Assembly: GCF_000372725.1 (NCBI RefSeq)
Contig: NW_005201287.1
Span: 713,081 to 777,080, forward strand
Reading direction: 5' to 3'
Length of the DNA stretch: 64,000 bases
Source: Emiliania huxleyi CCMP1516
Taxonomy: Eukaryota
Shown: positions 46,629-57,353 of the stretch, piece by piece
Position numbering within the stretch: the stretch's first letter is position 1
How the letters are laid out: each line of letters starts with the position of its first letter
Notes under the pieces: generated by a model
Databases searched by the model: none
What the model was told of the DNA's origin: nothing
The model's input: only the letters and a program-made list of their open reading frames with translations
Made by a program: the position numbers and the translations under genes

Positions 46629-49600
46629 GCCCGGCGCCGCCGAGCGGGCGAGGCGGTCGGCGGCCCGGCTCGGGGCGGCCGCCGCGCTCTGCCTCCACGC
46701 CGCCCGACCGGCCTGGAGCTGACTCGCCCGTCGCGAGCTCATCGGCTTCGCGGCGCTCCGGATGTAAGTCCGGAACTCGAGCGGCCTCGGGATCGTCGCC
46801 GCTCCTCCCGGCGCCCGACTTGGCGCGGCTGGAGGGAGAGCTCGAGTCGGCGCGACGCGATAGAGACAATGCGCGGCGGCAGCGCCAGAGCGAACGCTCG
46901 CTCCTCGCAAAGGCACAGGAGCTCATCGCCGAGCTGGAGGCGGAGAACGGCGCTCTCCGGCGCGAGAACCACGAGCTCAGCAGCGTCGTCGGCAAGTACG
47001 AGCAGCGCGAGCTCGAGCGCGAGAAGGCAGCGAGTAGGGCTGGGAGGGCACGCGAGCGCAAGGCGGCGGCGGAGCAGATGGCCATCGCCGCGGTGGAGCG
47101 AGAGGCGGAGCGGCTGGCGGAGGAGCTCGAGGAGCGAGACGAACAGCTCGCGGAGGCGAAGGCGGAGCTCGAGGAGGCGCAGGGAGCGGCGGAGGCGGCG
47201 GCAGCGGAGGCTCGAGCGGTGAAGTACCAGAAGATGCTCTCGGACCGCAAGCTGCAGCGCGCGCGCGACCGGCTCGACAATGCGGACACGCGGGCCGTGC
47301 GCAAGTGCAGCGCGGAGGAGTTCGCGCAGCTCTCGCGCGTGGCGCAGCGCAAGGAGAACCAGCGCGACCGCGATCTGTGGCGCGAGTTCCTCCCCGAGGG
47401 CCGGAGGCTCGAGCCGCTGATCGACGTCCTCGACGGCCAGGGCCGGCTGGGCGAGCTGTTCAAGCTCGCCAAGGTCCAGACGCTGCACCTCACCGGCCTG
47501 GCCGAGTTCGTCACGAAGATCGAGCAGGAGCACTACGGCGTGAGCTTCGGCCTCTTCTGCCACTTCGAGCTCGGCTTGACGATGGACAAGATCCTGCGCC
47601 TGACGCACGCCGGCAGCCACAAGCTCGACAAGACGACCGGCGCGTTCGTGCGCAAGATCGTCTACGTTGACCCGGTCAACAAGGCGCGCGTCGTCAGGGT
47701 GCCGCGCGTGGGAGCGCCCCGCAGCAAGCTCGAGCCCGTCATTAACCTCCTCAAGGAGCAGCAGCAGCTCAAGTCGGCGGAGAACGGGCGGGTCGGCTTC
47801 CGCAAGTTTGACGATGTGGTGGCCATGGTCGTGAAGGAGGACCCGGGCACGCACGGCATGCCTCCCCTCCCCTTCTTCCTCGGCGGCAAGGTCGACCTCC
47901 CGATCATCCTCTCGCTCGATGCGACCGGCTTCCAGGGCGGCCAGCTCACCACCGCGGTGCTGCGCAACCCCTACAAGCCCGGCTCGACCGCGCACCTGCG
48001 GCTGCTCGCGCAGGGCTCCGTCAAAGACGACCGCGGCGGCGCGGAGAAGCTGATGGGCGACAACCTCCCCGCGATCCACCGGACGGCCGAGCGGGACCGG
48101 CAGGGGCGCACACAGACGATCCTCCTCGACGACAGCGCGACGGCCGACGTCCGCCTCGCCCTCCACCAGACGCTCGACACGGGGGCGCTGCGGCACGTGG
48201 ACATGAAGGCCGGCTCTGGGTGGTGCGAGTGCGACCGCCACACGGCTCTGCGAGTCACGCCGAGCCGGCCCGAGTCGGTCGAGCAGATGTACTCGCTGCT
48301 CCAGGCGTGCACGGGGCCTGAGGTGGACGAGGAGATCACGCTCGCGCACGAGCTGCACGAGGGCGAGGCGATCCCGCGCCCGTGCACCAGGTGCAGCTTT
48401 GCCCACAACCCGATGACTGCCGCCGCCGAGCGCGTCGCCGAGATCAAGCTGCGCGAGGCCCTTCAGGCGGACACGTCCAAGGCCGGCCGTGCAAAGTACG
48501 CGAAGTGGCAGCTCGACCGCGCCAAGGAGCACCGCATGGTCAAGTGCGGCCCCTCGGCCGTCTCGCTCTTCCGCGTGGCGCGCCGCCGCAAGCACCTTTG
48601 TCATCTGCACGTCGCGAAGCTCAACCTTCCCAAGACACCTTGGAAGTGGGGGCTGCTCAACAACTGCAGCGACGACGCGCGGCAGCAGGTCCAGGAGAAG
48701 CTGGCGGAGTTTGGCCACCACCTCGACCTGCGGCGCAAGGACGCCGGGCGCGACGGGTCGAAAAAGTGGTTCACCGGCGAGGCGTGGGGCCGGTTGATCG
48801 CGGGGGATGGCAAGTCGCCGGGCGGGCCGGTGGCGATCGCGACCTTCCTCGTCATCATGCTCGACGACCTGCAGGACCGCGGAGTAAACGCGGGGAGCGA
48901 GACGGCCGCTGCGACGCCCGCCCCCGCCGCCGCTGCGGCCAAGGCGACGAAGGGTAAGGCGACGAAGGGTAAGTCGGCGCGCAAGGCCAAGACGGCTGCG
49001 GCTGCTCCCGCCCCCGCCCCGCCCGAGCCAGCCGACGCCGAGCTGACCCGCCAGCCCTCCCGCGTCGAGCGCGAGGCCGACGCGGCGCACCTGGAGCTGC
49101 TGCGCGAGATGTACGGCTCGCGTGCCGAGACCGCCATCCGCGCCGCCCTCGCTTTCGACGCCTACTTCGCGTGGTACTACGCTTGGAAGCGTCGCGTGCC
49201 GATCAACGCGGACAAGGCGGTCAAGGAGGCGCGCGCGCTCGAGAACATGCAGCTGGCCGTGGACCTGCACGAGATCTACGAGCGGGTCTCGCTGTACAAC
49301 CACGGCTCCTACATGCCGCACGGCGCCATCTTCAAGATCACCGAGTCCATCCTCGAGGTCGGCGATGTCGAGGCCTTCGACACCGGCCCGCTCGAGCTGC
49401 TGAACGCGGAGGCCAAGAGGAAGGCGAAGAGCAACGGCGCGACCAACTTGGAGACCATCGGGGCGGGGCAGGCGCAGCGCGGGCCGACGAAGGCGGGCGC
49501 GCAGGGGCCGTCGCGGTTGTGCGGCGTGGCGGAGCGGGCGACGACGATGGCTCTGTCCGTCGCGTACCACCTCCTCATCACCAACGCGTTGCGGCGCGGC

Positions 49601-49801
49601 GATGGCGTGGCCTCCATTCCGACCGAGCGGCGCGCGGAGCGGCTGTTTGGCGACGGGCCGGGACGCTCCAAGCTGGTGCGCCGCGGGATCAAGCTGGAGC
49701 ATCTGGGAGAGGACTATAGTCCCGAGAAGGACTCGGTTATTGCCGCGATGGTGCGGATTGTGGTGGCACGCGTGCGTCCGGCCGGCGACCCGGAGGCGTA
49801 G
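46625..49801 (+). CDS. Large DDE transposase with N-terminal coiled coil (CMC/Transib/RAG1-type catalytic core)
   Basis: Uninterrupted frame with IILSLDATG (D at 47918), TLDTGAL (D at 48176), WCEC, CTRC, HLHVAKLNLPK, WFTGEAW and YMPH..ILEVGDVEAFDTGPLELLNAEAKR (E at 49394). First in-frame ATG downstream of ORF1 is at 47078. Confidence 0.75.
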   Translation: MSPAPPSGRGGRRPGSGRPPRSASTPPDRPGADSPVASSSASRRSGCKSGTRAASGSSPLLPAPDLARLEGELESARRDRDNARRQRQSERSLLAKAQELIAELEAENGALRRENHELSSVVGKYEQRELEREKAASRAGRARERKAAAEQMAIAAVEREAERLAEELEERDEQLAEAKAELEEAQGAAEAAAAEARAVKYQKMLSDRKLQRARDRLDNADTRAVRKCSAEEFAQLSRVAQRKENQRDRDLWREFLPEGRRLEPLIDVLDGQGRLGELFKLAKVQTLHLTGLAEFVTKIEQEHYGVSFGLFCHFELGLTMDKILRLTHAGSHKLDKTTGAFVRKIVYVDPVNKARVVRVPRVGAPRSKLEPVINLLKEQQQLKSAENGRVGFRKFDDVVAMVVKEDPGTHGMPPLPFFLGGKVDLPIILSLDATGFQGGQLTTAVLRNPYKPGSTAHLRLLAQGSVKDDRGGAEKLMGDNLPAIHRTAERDRQGRTQTILLDDSATADVRLALHQTLDTGALRHVDMKAGSGWCECDRHTALRVTPSRPESVEQMYSLLQACTGPEVDEEITLAHELHEGEAIPRPCTRCSFAHNPMTAAAERVAEIKLREALQADTSKAGRAKYAKWQLDRAKEHRMVKCGPSAVSLFRVARRRKHLCHLHVAKLNLPKTPWKWGLLNNCSDDARQQVQEKLAEFGHHLDLRRKDAGRDGSKKWFTGEAWGRLIAGDGKSPGGPVAIATFLVIMLDDLQDRGVNAGSETAAATPAPAAAAAKATKGKATKGKSARKAKTAAAAPAPAPPEPADAELTRQPSRVEREADAAHLELLREMYGSRAETAIRAALAFDAYFAWYYAWKRRVPINADKAVKEARALENMQLAVDLHEIYERVSLYNHGSYMPHGAIFKITESILEVGDVEAFDTGPLELLNAEAKRKAKSNGATNLETIGAGQAQRGPTKAGAQGPSRLCGVAERATTMALSVAYHLLITNALRRGDGVASIPTERRAERLFGDGPGRSKLVRRGIKLEHLGEDYSPEKDSVIAAMVRIVVARVRPAGDPEA

Positions 49802-49979
49802 TGTGTCGGTCAGTACGTCGGTGTGTCGCCTTGTGACCCTTCCTCCCTCCTCCCCACGTGTTATGACCCGGCCTGGGTGGCCGGCGAGGCGGCGTGCGGG
49901 TAGCAGAAGGGTCATTTTTATGCCGATGTACACGTTTCGGTCACACTCAGGGCCCGTTTTGCATGACCTGCCCCCTCCC

Positions 49980-51687
49980 CTACTGTAGTCGCCCCCGGTC
50001 GCGTCCCTCGACCGCTGCGCGGAAGACGCCCGAGTACATCTCTGCATCGAACGGGAGCGGGTTGGTGAAGCCGGTCGGGTTGGCCACCGCCTTGGCGGCG
50101 CACTCCTCGGCCGTCTCGTCCGAGATGCCAATCTCGGCCAGCGTCGCCGGGATCTGAAGCTGCTCGGCGAGCGTATCCAGCCACGCCGCCACGCGCTCGA
50201 AGCCTCCGTCCGTGGTCGCGTAGCCCGGCGGCGGCGGCGGCAGGCCGAGGTAGGTCGCGGCGAGGTCCATCTTTGGCTCAATGGCGGCGCGGTTGGCGCG
50301 CAGGACGTGCGGGAGGAGGATGGCGTTGGTGAGGCCGTGCTGCGAGTTGTGCACCGCCCCGACGGGCTCGCTCAGGCCGTGGACCGCGCCGAGCCCCTTT
50401 TGGAAGGCGACCGCCGCCATCGCCGACGCGGCGAGCATGTGGCTGCGCGCGGCGACGTCTGACCCGTCGGCCACCGCCGCCGGCAGCCAGGTGTGCATGA
50501 GCCGGAGAGACTCGAGGGCGATGCCGTCGCACATCGGGTGGTACGAGTCGACGGACAGCGCCTCGATGGCGTGCGTCACCTGAGTGGAGTCACTGCGCTG
50601 TCCACTCTTGAAGGCGTGTGGCTCACCTGGCGACGTCTCGCGGGCAAGACGCGTCGCGGAGGTGTCTCAGGAAGTGGCTGCGGGGTGTGCGAGACGCGCC
50701 AGGACGGGCCCGCTCCTCGGCAAACAGTCTCGGCTGATTTCATCAGCTTGGCTCAGCTCGGCTCATCTCGGCTCATCTCGGCTCATCTCGGGCAGACCGC
50801 GTCCATGCCGGTCCACGCCGTGAGCGTCGGCGGCAGGGAGAGCGTGAGGAGCGGGTCGGCGATCACGTGGATCTGCACCGGCGCGGGGAGAAGTGGAGGT
50901 GGGAGGCAGGGAGAGCCAGCGCCTGGCAGGAGGAGGGAGGGGCGGCGCTCCTGCGCCGTGCAGCCGGGGTGCGCGACGCAGAACTTGACTCTGCGGCTCG
51001 TGTCGGTGTACATTGCTGCCGAGTCCATCTCTGCGCCGGTCCCTGTGCACCGAGAGGACAAGGGGTGATGCGGACGCGTGCGTGGCTGGCGCGTTTCGCC
51101 GCCCTGCGCCGGGCGCCGGCCGTGGTCGGGATGAGGACGAGCGGCGGGCAGCTCATCTCCTCCACGGGCGGCCGCGTCCATTCGAGCTCGTCCAGGCTCC
51201 TGCCAGACCCGGCGACCATCGCAATTGACTTGCCCGCGTCGAGGCCACTGCCGCCACCCACCGCGACCAAGCCGTCGGCCGCGTGCTCGCGGTACGCCGC
51301 CGCCCCGGCGACGATGTTGAGGTCGGTCGGGTTGGCGTCCACCTCGCCAAAGAGGCGAGGCTGTAGGCCGGCGGCGGCGAGCGAGTCAAAGAGCCCGCCG
51401 ACGACGGGCGTGCCTGCGGGTGCCGGCAAGGAAGAAGGGACGGGAATGGCGGAGCGAGGAAGTAAAGCGGTCCCGGATGCGCGAGGCCGAGGCGCACCGC
51501 TCAAGCCCTTGTCGGCGACGAGGAGCGGCCGGTTTGAGCCGCGCTCTCGCAGCTTAGCAGGCAGCTCTGCCGCTCGGCCGGCGCCAAACGTTACCGGCAC
51601 TGGGAAGGCCCAGTCTGCGGCGACGCTCGAGAGGCCACGACTGCTTTTCGGTAACAGCGCGCGACTGGACGAGATAGCGCGCTGCAT
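49980..51687 (-). CDS. Iron-containing alcohol dehydrogenase, multi-exon, likely mitochondrial
   Basis: VAVGGGSGLDAGK, IPTTAGTGAE, TAWTGMDA.THAIEA and AFQKGLGAVHGLSEPVG..HGLTNAILLP. Confidence 0.95.
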
Positions 51688-52518
51688 GAAGAGCGTGTGG
51701 TGGTGGTGGGAGTCGGTGGCGGTCGTCGCTTCCGTCGGCCGAGAGAGGGAGAGTCCACGGATTTTCTTTTTGCTCCCTCGCGGTTTGCGTTACGTCTTCG
51801 GTCCCCGCGGGAAGCCCCGCGCATAGGACAACAACGTCTGTCCCACACACACACAGACGCGCACATACATCATGCTCGGGCACACCCCACAGTGTAGTGG
51901 TGTGAGTACACAAGTACTAGCAGAGTGCACACCTGCCTTGGCGGGTGAGGGTCGTAAGAATCAAAGCCTCTTGGTGCCAAACGTGCTCGAGCGCGCCGAA
52001 GAGAGACGATCTACGCTCGAGGGAGTTAGCGAAAGTCGCACGGGCAGAGGGGAGACCGAGGCCTCCGGCAGTCCGCAGTTGATCGTTCCTCGCGGTTTGG
52101 TCAGCAGGATTCGAAGTTGGGCCCTCGGGCACCAACACCGACCGGACGGTGTATGGGGCGGCGTCGGCGAGCGCAGCCTCCTCCTTTGTCGTCCACCACA
52201 CGCAGCAGATCTCCATGCGGCGGTGGCGGGCGACGCCGAAAACATTAAGAAGCAGGCGCGCAAGATGCGCACCGACTGGATCAAGCAAGAACAAGCAAGC
52301 GGCAGATGTCCTCTTACCCTCGGCCCCAGTCGGTGCCCGCGCCGCCTAGCTCTGCGGACGGGCCCCTCCACCCTTCACGTACGGATCATGTAGTCCCCAC
52401 ACTCGCTGTCGTGGGATCGCTTGTCTTGTGAGAGAGTGGTCTCACCCGTGCTGTTTTCTCAGTTGCTTTTTTCGCCTCAAGCGCGGCGGCGGCAGCGCGG
52501 CGGCTGCGTGCTGCGTGC

Positions 52519-53430
52519 ATGTCAACAAAGCCCGTGATCGCACTGCCCGCCTCCCGCGTTCCGTGGCACGTCTTCCAGGCCTACTACCATGGCGGCCAGC
52601 CTCTGCTGCTCCGGCGCGCCTCGGACCTCTCGCAGTGGTCGTTCGCTGCCTGGACCCTCTCCATCGCCTCCTCCGGCTCCACCGGCGCGGGATCCGAGGC
52701 AGACCTCCTCCTCCGCTGCCCGACCAACATCCTCTCGCAGCGCGGCAGCGCAGAGGCGGTCGCCGTCGATGTCGCCGTCGCCGTCCGCCACATATTTGAG
52801 CCTCGCGGCGACGGGAACGCCTTTTGGCAGTGGCGCACGCGGCTCGGCGCGCTCAGCAGCGGGCAGCCGCCCGCGCCCGCGGCGGCGCCGGCGCTCGACG
52901 AGGGAGCAAAGGGAGGCTCGCTGCCGCCCTGCGTGCCGCTGCCGGCCCTGCTGCGGTCGTGGCCGGGCGCGAGCGTCAAGCCGGACGGCGAGACCGCCCT
53001 CTTCGTCACCTCGGCGGGAGGGCGCACGCCGTTGCACCGCGACCACGGCGACAACGCGCTGCTGCACCTCCACGGCAGGAAGAGCGTGGTCCTCGTCGAC
53101 CCGGCCGTGGCGGCGGAGCACGAGCCGCTCGTCCGCGAGCTCTTCGGCACGCCCGGCACGCACGAGGACCTCTTCGGCGTCGCCGCGGAGGAGGAGGGCG
53201 AGCCGGCGGCGGGCGGCGCCGCCGGTCGCAGCTGCCCCTCCGGCGACGACCGAATGCCTTTGCCGCGGGCGCACTGCTTTCTGGAGCCGGGCGACTTGCT
53301 GTACATTCCCGACGGCTGGCTCCACGACGTGGAGAGCCGGACGCCGACAGTCTCGGCCGCGCTGCGATTCGAGGTGGGTCGAGCCTTCTCTCCGGACCTT
53401 TTGGTGGCCGCCGGGTTGGACGCCATGTGA
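52519..53430 (+). CDS. JmjC/cupin-like 2-oxoglutarate oxygenase
   Basis: TPLHRDHGDN..GRKSVVL and LEPGDLLYIPDGWLHDVES give the HxD...H triad. Confidence 0.85.
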   Translation: MSTKPVIALPASRVPWHVFQAYYHGGQPLLLRRASDLSQWSFAAWTLSIASSGSTGAGSEADLLLRCPTNILSQRGSAEAVAVDVAVAVRHIFEPRGDGNAFWQWRTRLGALSSGQPPAPAAAPALDEGAKGGSLPPCVPLPALLRSWPGASVKPDGETALFVTSAGGRTPLHRDHGDNALLHLHGRKSVVLVDPAVAAEHEPLVRELFGTPGTHEDLFGVAAEEEGEPAAGGAAGRSCPSGDDRMPLPRAHCFLEPGDLLYIPDGWLHDVESRTPTVSAALRFEVGRAFSPDLLVAAGLDAM

Positions 53431-53517
53431 CGCCTTTTCTTTCCTTTTTTCTGATGTTGTATTAATTGCATGATGTATCAGGTGATGTGAGAATATCTTC
53501 TCGAATATCGTAACACA

Positions 53518-54459
53518 TCACCGCCCCCTTACTAACCGCTGCTCGAGGTACTTCCACATGGCGCTGAAGATGGCAGCCTGAAAGCCGTTTGCGAGCAGCC
53601 GGGTGGCAAGTCCGCGTCCAAAGAGGCCGCTCCACCCGTCGGATTGTACAACCAGACGGGCTGCCTCCGCATAGGTCACACTCTCCAGCGACGTCTGCCG
53701 GAAAGTTTTGACTACGCGCAGCGAGTTGGTCGCCGTGTCGGCCACCGCGCTGGCGACAAATCCGACCGCGGCGTTGCGGCCCAGCGTCGGCGCAAGCCCC
53801 TGCTGCTTTGGTACCACCGTATCAAGGTGGTTGAAGGTGCCGTACCACAGGTAGTGGCCGAGGAAGGCGCTGCTGACGAGGCCACCGCCGCCGTGGAAGA
53901 GCACCGCGAGGCCACCGGTCCGGAGCTTGGCGCGTAGCTTGGAGAGACCATCCGGCCCCTCCACCTGCATCATCGACTTGACCGTGTCGAGCGGCATGAG
54001 GATGACGCGCCAGCCGGCGGCCGCCGATGCGGACGCGAGCGTCTTGACGCCGGTTGGCAGCCACGCCGACGATTCGTTGGAGTTTAGGAGCGAGATGACC
54101 CCGGCGTTGGCCGCCGTGTCACCAAAACGCGACAGGGGCGCCTGCACGAGGGCGGGGGCGACGCCCTGGTAGAAGCGGCGCACCCCGCCCTGCGCGTAGA
54201 GCGTCCGCATCGCCTCGCGCGTAGTCGACCCGTAGCGATACTGAAAAGTGATCGTGGTACGGATCCACATGAGCGTGGTCACCTGGAAGGCCATTGCGCC
54301 GGCGCCCGCAATCCCGCCGCCCAACGCACGGCGCAAGCTATCCTGGACGACGTCGTTTACGGTAACCCGGTGCCGGAGGGTGGCCTTGTGCTCCGACTCG
54401 CGGTGCACGAGCGCCCGCCGCTCCGGGCCGCTGTCGGTCGGGGCGTACGGCATGCACAC
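53518..54459 (-). CDS. Mitochondrial carrier family protein
   Basis: PLDTVKSMMQ signature, GGVRRFYQG and GLFGRGL, with tripartite organisation. Confidence 0.9.
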   Translation of the reverse strand: MCMPYAPTDSGPERRALVHRESEHKATLRHRVTVNDVVQDSLRRALGGGIAGAGAMAFQVTTLMWIRTTITFQYRYGSTTREAMRTLYAQGGVRRFYQGVAPALVQAPLSRFGDTAANAGVISLLNSNESSAWLPTGVKTLASASAAAGWRVILMPLDTVKSMMQVEGPDGLSKLRAKLRTGGLAVLFHGGGGLVSSAFLGHYLWYGTFNHLDTVVPKQQGLAPTLGRNAAVGFVASAVADTATNSLRVVKTFRQTSLESVTYAEAARLVVQSDGWSGLFGRGLATRLLANGFQAAIFSAMWKYLEQRLVRGR

Positions 54460-54513
54460 AAACTAGCGATTTGGAATGGATCGGGCGTCCGGGCCGCCGA
54501 AATCTACTTTATC

Positions 54514-56018
54514 GTACAATGGAAGAAACTTGTTTCTGTAAGGTACCCACTCCTAACATTAAATTTCGGACGTACGTAGACTTGCCCAGACGAGGCACAG
54601 GGCAACCCCGTCCAATCGGCTTCGCAAGTCGACCCGCCAACCAATCCATGCATATGACCTCCGTCACCGCCGCCGCCGCGCCAGCTGCCACCGGCGCCGA
54701 GCTGGTCGTGCCACCGCTGCCGCCCAGGCTGCCCAACGACGCGAGCCAGGAGGAGAAGGCGGCGCGCGAAGCCATCATGAAGGAGCGCCGACGCATCCAG
54801 AAGGCGATCAACGAGCAGAAGAGGGGCAAGCGGGATCGCAGCGAGCGGGAGCAGCTGAGTGGTGCGCAACATCGCAAGCAGGCTGAAGCGGAGGCGAAGC
54901 GAGCCGACGCCAACCGCCGCCGCCAGTCCGTCTCCCAGCACCGCCGCGCAGCTCGAGAGAAGAAGCGGCCGAGGCTCGGCGAGAGCTTCGGCTCGATTCG
55001 ACAACGCGAGGAGCAGCGACTGCTGGGCAACTCGTTCGTCTTCGAGGACCAGCGCGTGCGCGTGTGCGAGGGCGTCGCGTGGGCCCTCGTGCAAGACGGT
55101 GCGGCTAGCGGCGTGGTGCCCATCCATGACGCCGCGAGTTTCTGGGGCCCAGAGTGGGCGTCGTGCTTGGCCGTGCCCGTGAAGGCTGGGCAGTGCGGCA
55201 CTGTGCTGCGGCGCGCCGAGCTGTGCGTGCAGGAGAAGGGCGGCAGCGTGAGCAGCTTGAAGCTGAGCAGTGCTGGCTTTGCGCAAATCGAGGGGCCGCA
55301 GCACTTCCACACGGTGCAGCTCGACGACGTCAGCACGCCGGTGATGCTCTCACCCTACCACGTCCAGCCCTGGCCGGCCATCGGACAGGAGGTCGGCTGG
55401 ATGCCGTCCGAGCCGCAGGACATCGCCACCGTCAAGTACTTTCACAACACGCAGGACCCGGACTTCGACGTGGACGATCCCGAGGACAACAGCTATTACG
55501 TGCTCTCGCGGCCGTTCTACGCCTTGCCCGCCCACGTAGAGGTTGTGGCGCCGGTGGGCGGGCGCGTGCGCGTGGGCTCTTGGGTGAGGCTGCGCGAGCC
55601 CCACCCCGAGGCTGACCCTGACGACGGCGCGTGGGGCTTCCGCGAGCCGCCGCCCGCCGTCGCCGCCGAGATGCTCTCTAGCGTGGGCCGGACCGAGCTG
55701 ACCCCGGCGGACGTGGAGCGGCTCATGTCCACGCCGCAGATGGCTGTCGCGAGCGCGCATGTGCTCGTCGTCAAGTCCATCTGCGAGGACTGCGGGCAGT
55801 GTCTCGAGCTCGAGGACACCTTCTACGCATCTCACCGCGATCTCACGCCGCTCATCCCTGGCTGGGAGCAGAGAGAGCCATGTCGCTTCCACTGCACCTA
55901 CGACCACCAGTACTTGTGCGATCACATGTTCGATCTAACACACGTAGGAGAGTGCGTCTGGGCCTGCAAGGAGTGCGACCCTGAGTAAAGCGGGAAACTT
56001 AAATTTCCTCCATTGTAC
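54514..56018. mobile_element. Inverted-repeat-bounded 1.5-kb element carrying one ORF
   Basis: gtacaatggaagaaacttgtttc (54514-54536) pairs imperfectly with gaaacttaaatttcctccattgtac (55994-56018). Readable as TA|CAATGG...CCATTG|TA. Confidence 0.55.
54648..55988 (+). CDS. Intronless hypothetical protein with basic coiled N-terminus and Cys/His-rich C-terminus
   Basis: Long open frame with CEDCGQC, CRFHC, CDH and CVWACKEC. No family recognised. Confidence 0.6.
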   Translation: MHMTSVTAAAAPAATGAELVVPPLPPRLPNDASQEEKAAREAIMKERRRIQKAINEQKRGKRDRSEREQLSGAQHRKQAEAEAKRADANRRRQSVSQHRRAAREKKRPRLGESFGSIRQREEQRLLGNSFVFEDQRVRVCEGVAWALVQDGAASGVVPIHDAASFWGPEWASCLAVPVKAGQCGTVLRRAELCVQEKGGSVSSLKLSSAGFAQIEGPQHFHTVQLDDVSTPVMLSPYHVQPWPAIGQEVGWMPSEPQDIATVKYFHNTQDPDFDVDDPEDNSYYVLSRPFYALPAHVEVVAPVGGRVRVGSWVRLREPHPEADPDDGAWGFREPPPAVAAEMLSSVGRTELTPADVERLMSTPQMAVASAHVLVVKSICEDCGQCLELEDTFYASHRDLTPLIPGWEQREPCRFHCTYDHQYLCDHMFDLTHVGECVWACKECDPE

Positions 56019-56589
56019 CCATGCGGAGCCTTTTATCTCTTGTGCGGCGGGATGCTAGGCGAGGCCAGGGAGAGGAAGTTGGAGAGTGAGAAAGCGGACC
56101 TGAATCATCTTTCCTTTTGTTAGGCGTTTTTAGTTCTGTTGTTGGCAAATCAGGACACGGAGCTCACACAAAATTCACAGTCAGTCCGAGGAAAGCGGCG
56201 AGTGAGTGAGTCGCATTAATTAATTAATTACGTGTGTCGTGTGTGTGGCGGGCCACCCTGTCCAGAGCCCGGGGTGGAACTCTGTCCAGCCCGGGATGGG
56301 GTCTCTCGACCAAGTCGATGATGCCCTGGCCGCCTCCCGGGGTAAGGGCTAAGGCCGGAGCCGAACAAGGCGAAGGAGATGGCATGGGAGCGTACGGGTG
56401 TTCCAGGGTGTCACGACTCGCACCGACCCTGGCGTGATGCCACCCTTAGACCCCGTGCTCCAGGCGAACCCTCTCCAGGTGCTGCCCACCTACCCCACGT
56501 TCAAGAGAGAGCCAGAGCTGCCACTGGTGCAGCTGAGAGCGGTCCCCCGCGCTCCACCTCGACGGATCCCGCGCGAGTGTCGACCGTGC

Positions 56590-56905
56590 GCAAACACTCG
56601 GCCAGCAGTGCCTGGTGAAAATGGTCTGCCGTCGCATACGCCCACACCGTGTTGGCCAGGTTCTGAGGGCTGAAGCTCCCCAGCCCGCCGCACACCGCCG
56701 CCTCCGCCACTGCCGCATACAGCGCATCCGCAGCCATGCCTGCCGTCGCATACGCCCACACCGTGTTGGCCAGTGCCTGTGGATAGAAGCCCGCCAGCCC
56801 GCCGCTCACCGCCTCCTCCGCCACCGCCTCGTACAGCGGGCGCACCACCCTCGCTTGCAGGCCGCACTTTGCCACGCCGTGCGCGAGTTTGATAGTGCTC
56901 GCGCA
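56590..56905 (-). pseudogene. Fragment of a helical-repeat RNA-binding (OPR/RAP-associated) gene
   Basis: Tandem ~38-aa repeats FxPQxLANTVWAYATA. Both ends appear truncated. Confidence 0.65.
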
Positions 56906-57353
56906 TTGCCGACGAGACGAGACCGAGCGTGTTTCTTGTAATGACTAACATCCTCATCATGATGCGGCCATCGTTCGACTCGCCATGGCTCGTCGTGCCA
57001 TCGCTCAGCAGGCCATCGTGACTCGTCGCGCGATCGCAGCTCATCGCGCCATTGCGACTCGCATCGCCATCGCTCGCTGCTCGTCGCGTCCGCACCCGTC
57101 GCGTTCCCGTTCGCACTCGTCGCGCCAGCTCTCCGACTGAGGACTGAATATGGCTCTCGTGCCTGAACCCCCCCCACCCGGGGGAAGGGACACCAGCGAT
57201 CTCACCGCGCTGCCACCGCCGCCACCGCCAACCGGGGCCGACTACTAAAAGTGTGGAGAGGGGTGGGGTCCCTCCTGTGAGCTCGCAGCTCGGTCGGCTC
57301 GTCATCAGGCGTCGCTAGCTCTGCATCAGCGCGGATACGAGCCGATCGCAACA

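Larger units (their letters stand above)
45070..49990 (+). mobile_element. Putative autonomous two-ORF DNA transposon (CACTA/Mirage/Chapaev-Transib supergroup)
   Basis: Left end CACTAC. CAGGTCATGCAAAA (45081-45094) is perfectly inverted at 49957-49970, and GTGTACA (45117-45123) is inverted at 49927-49933. These enclose a chromodomain ORF and a transposase ORF. No TSD found, and the exact right end is uncertain. Confidence 0.75.

Noticed and set aside
49795..49804. GGCGTAGTGT at the transposase stop as the right terminus
   Set aside because: It is only a 9-bp match with no TSD, and the longer inverted block lies further right. Not fully excluded.
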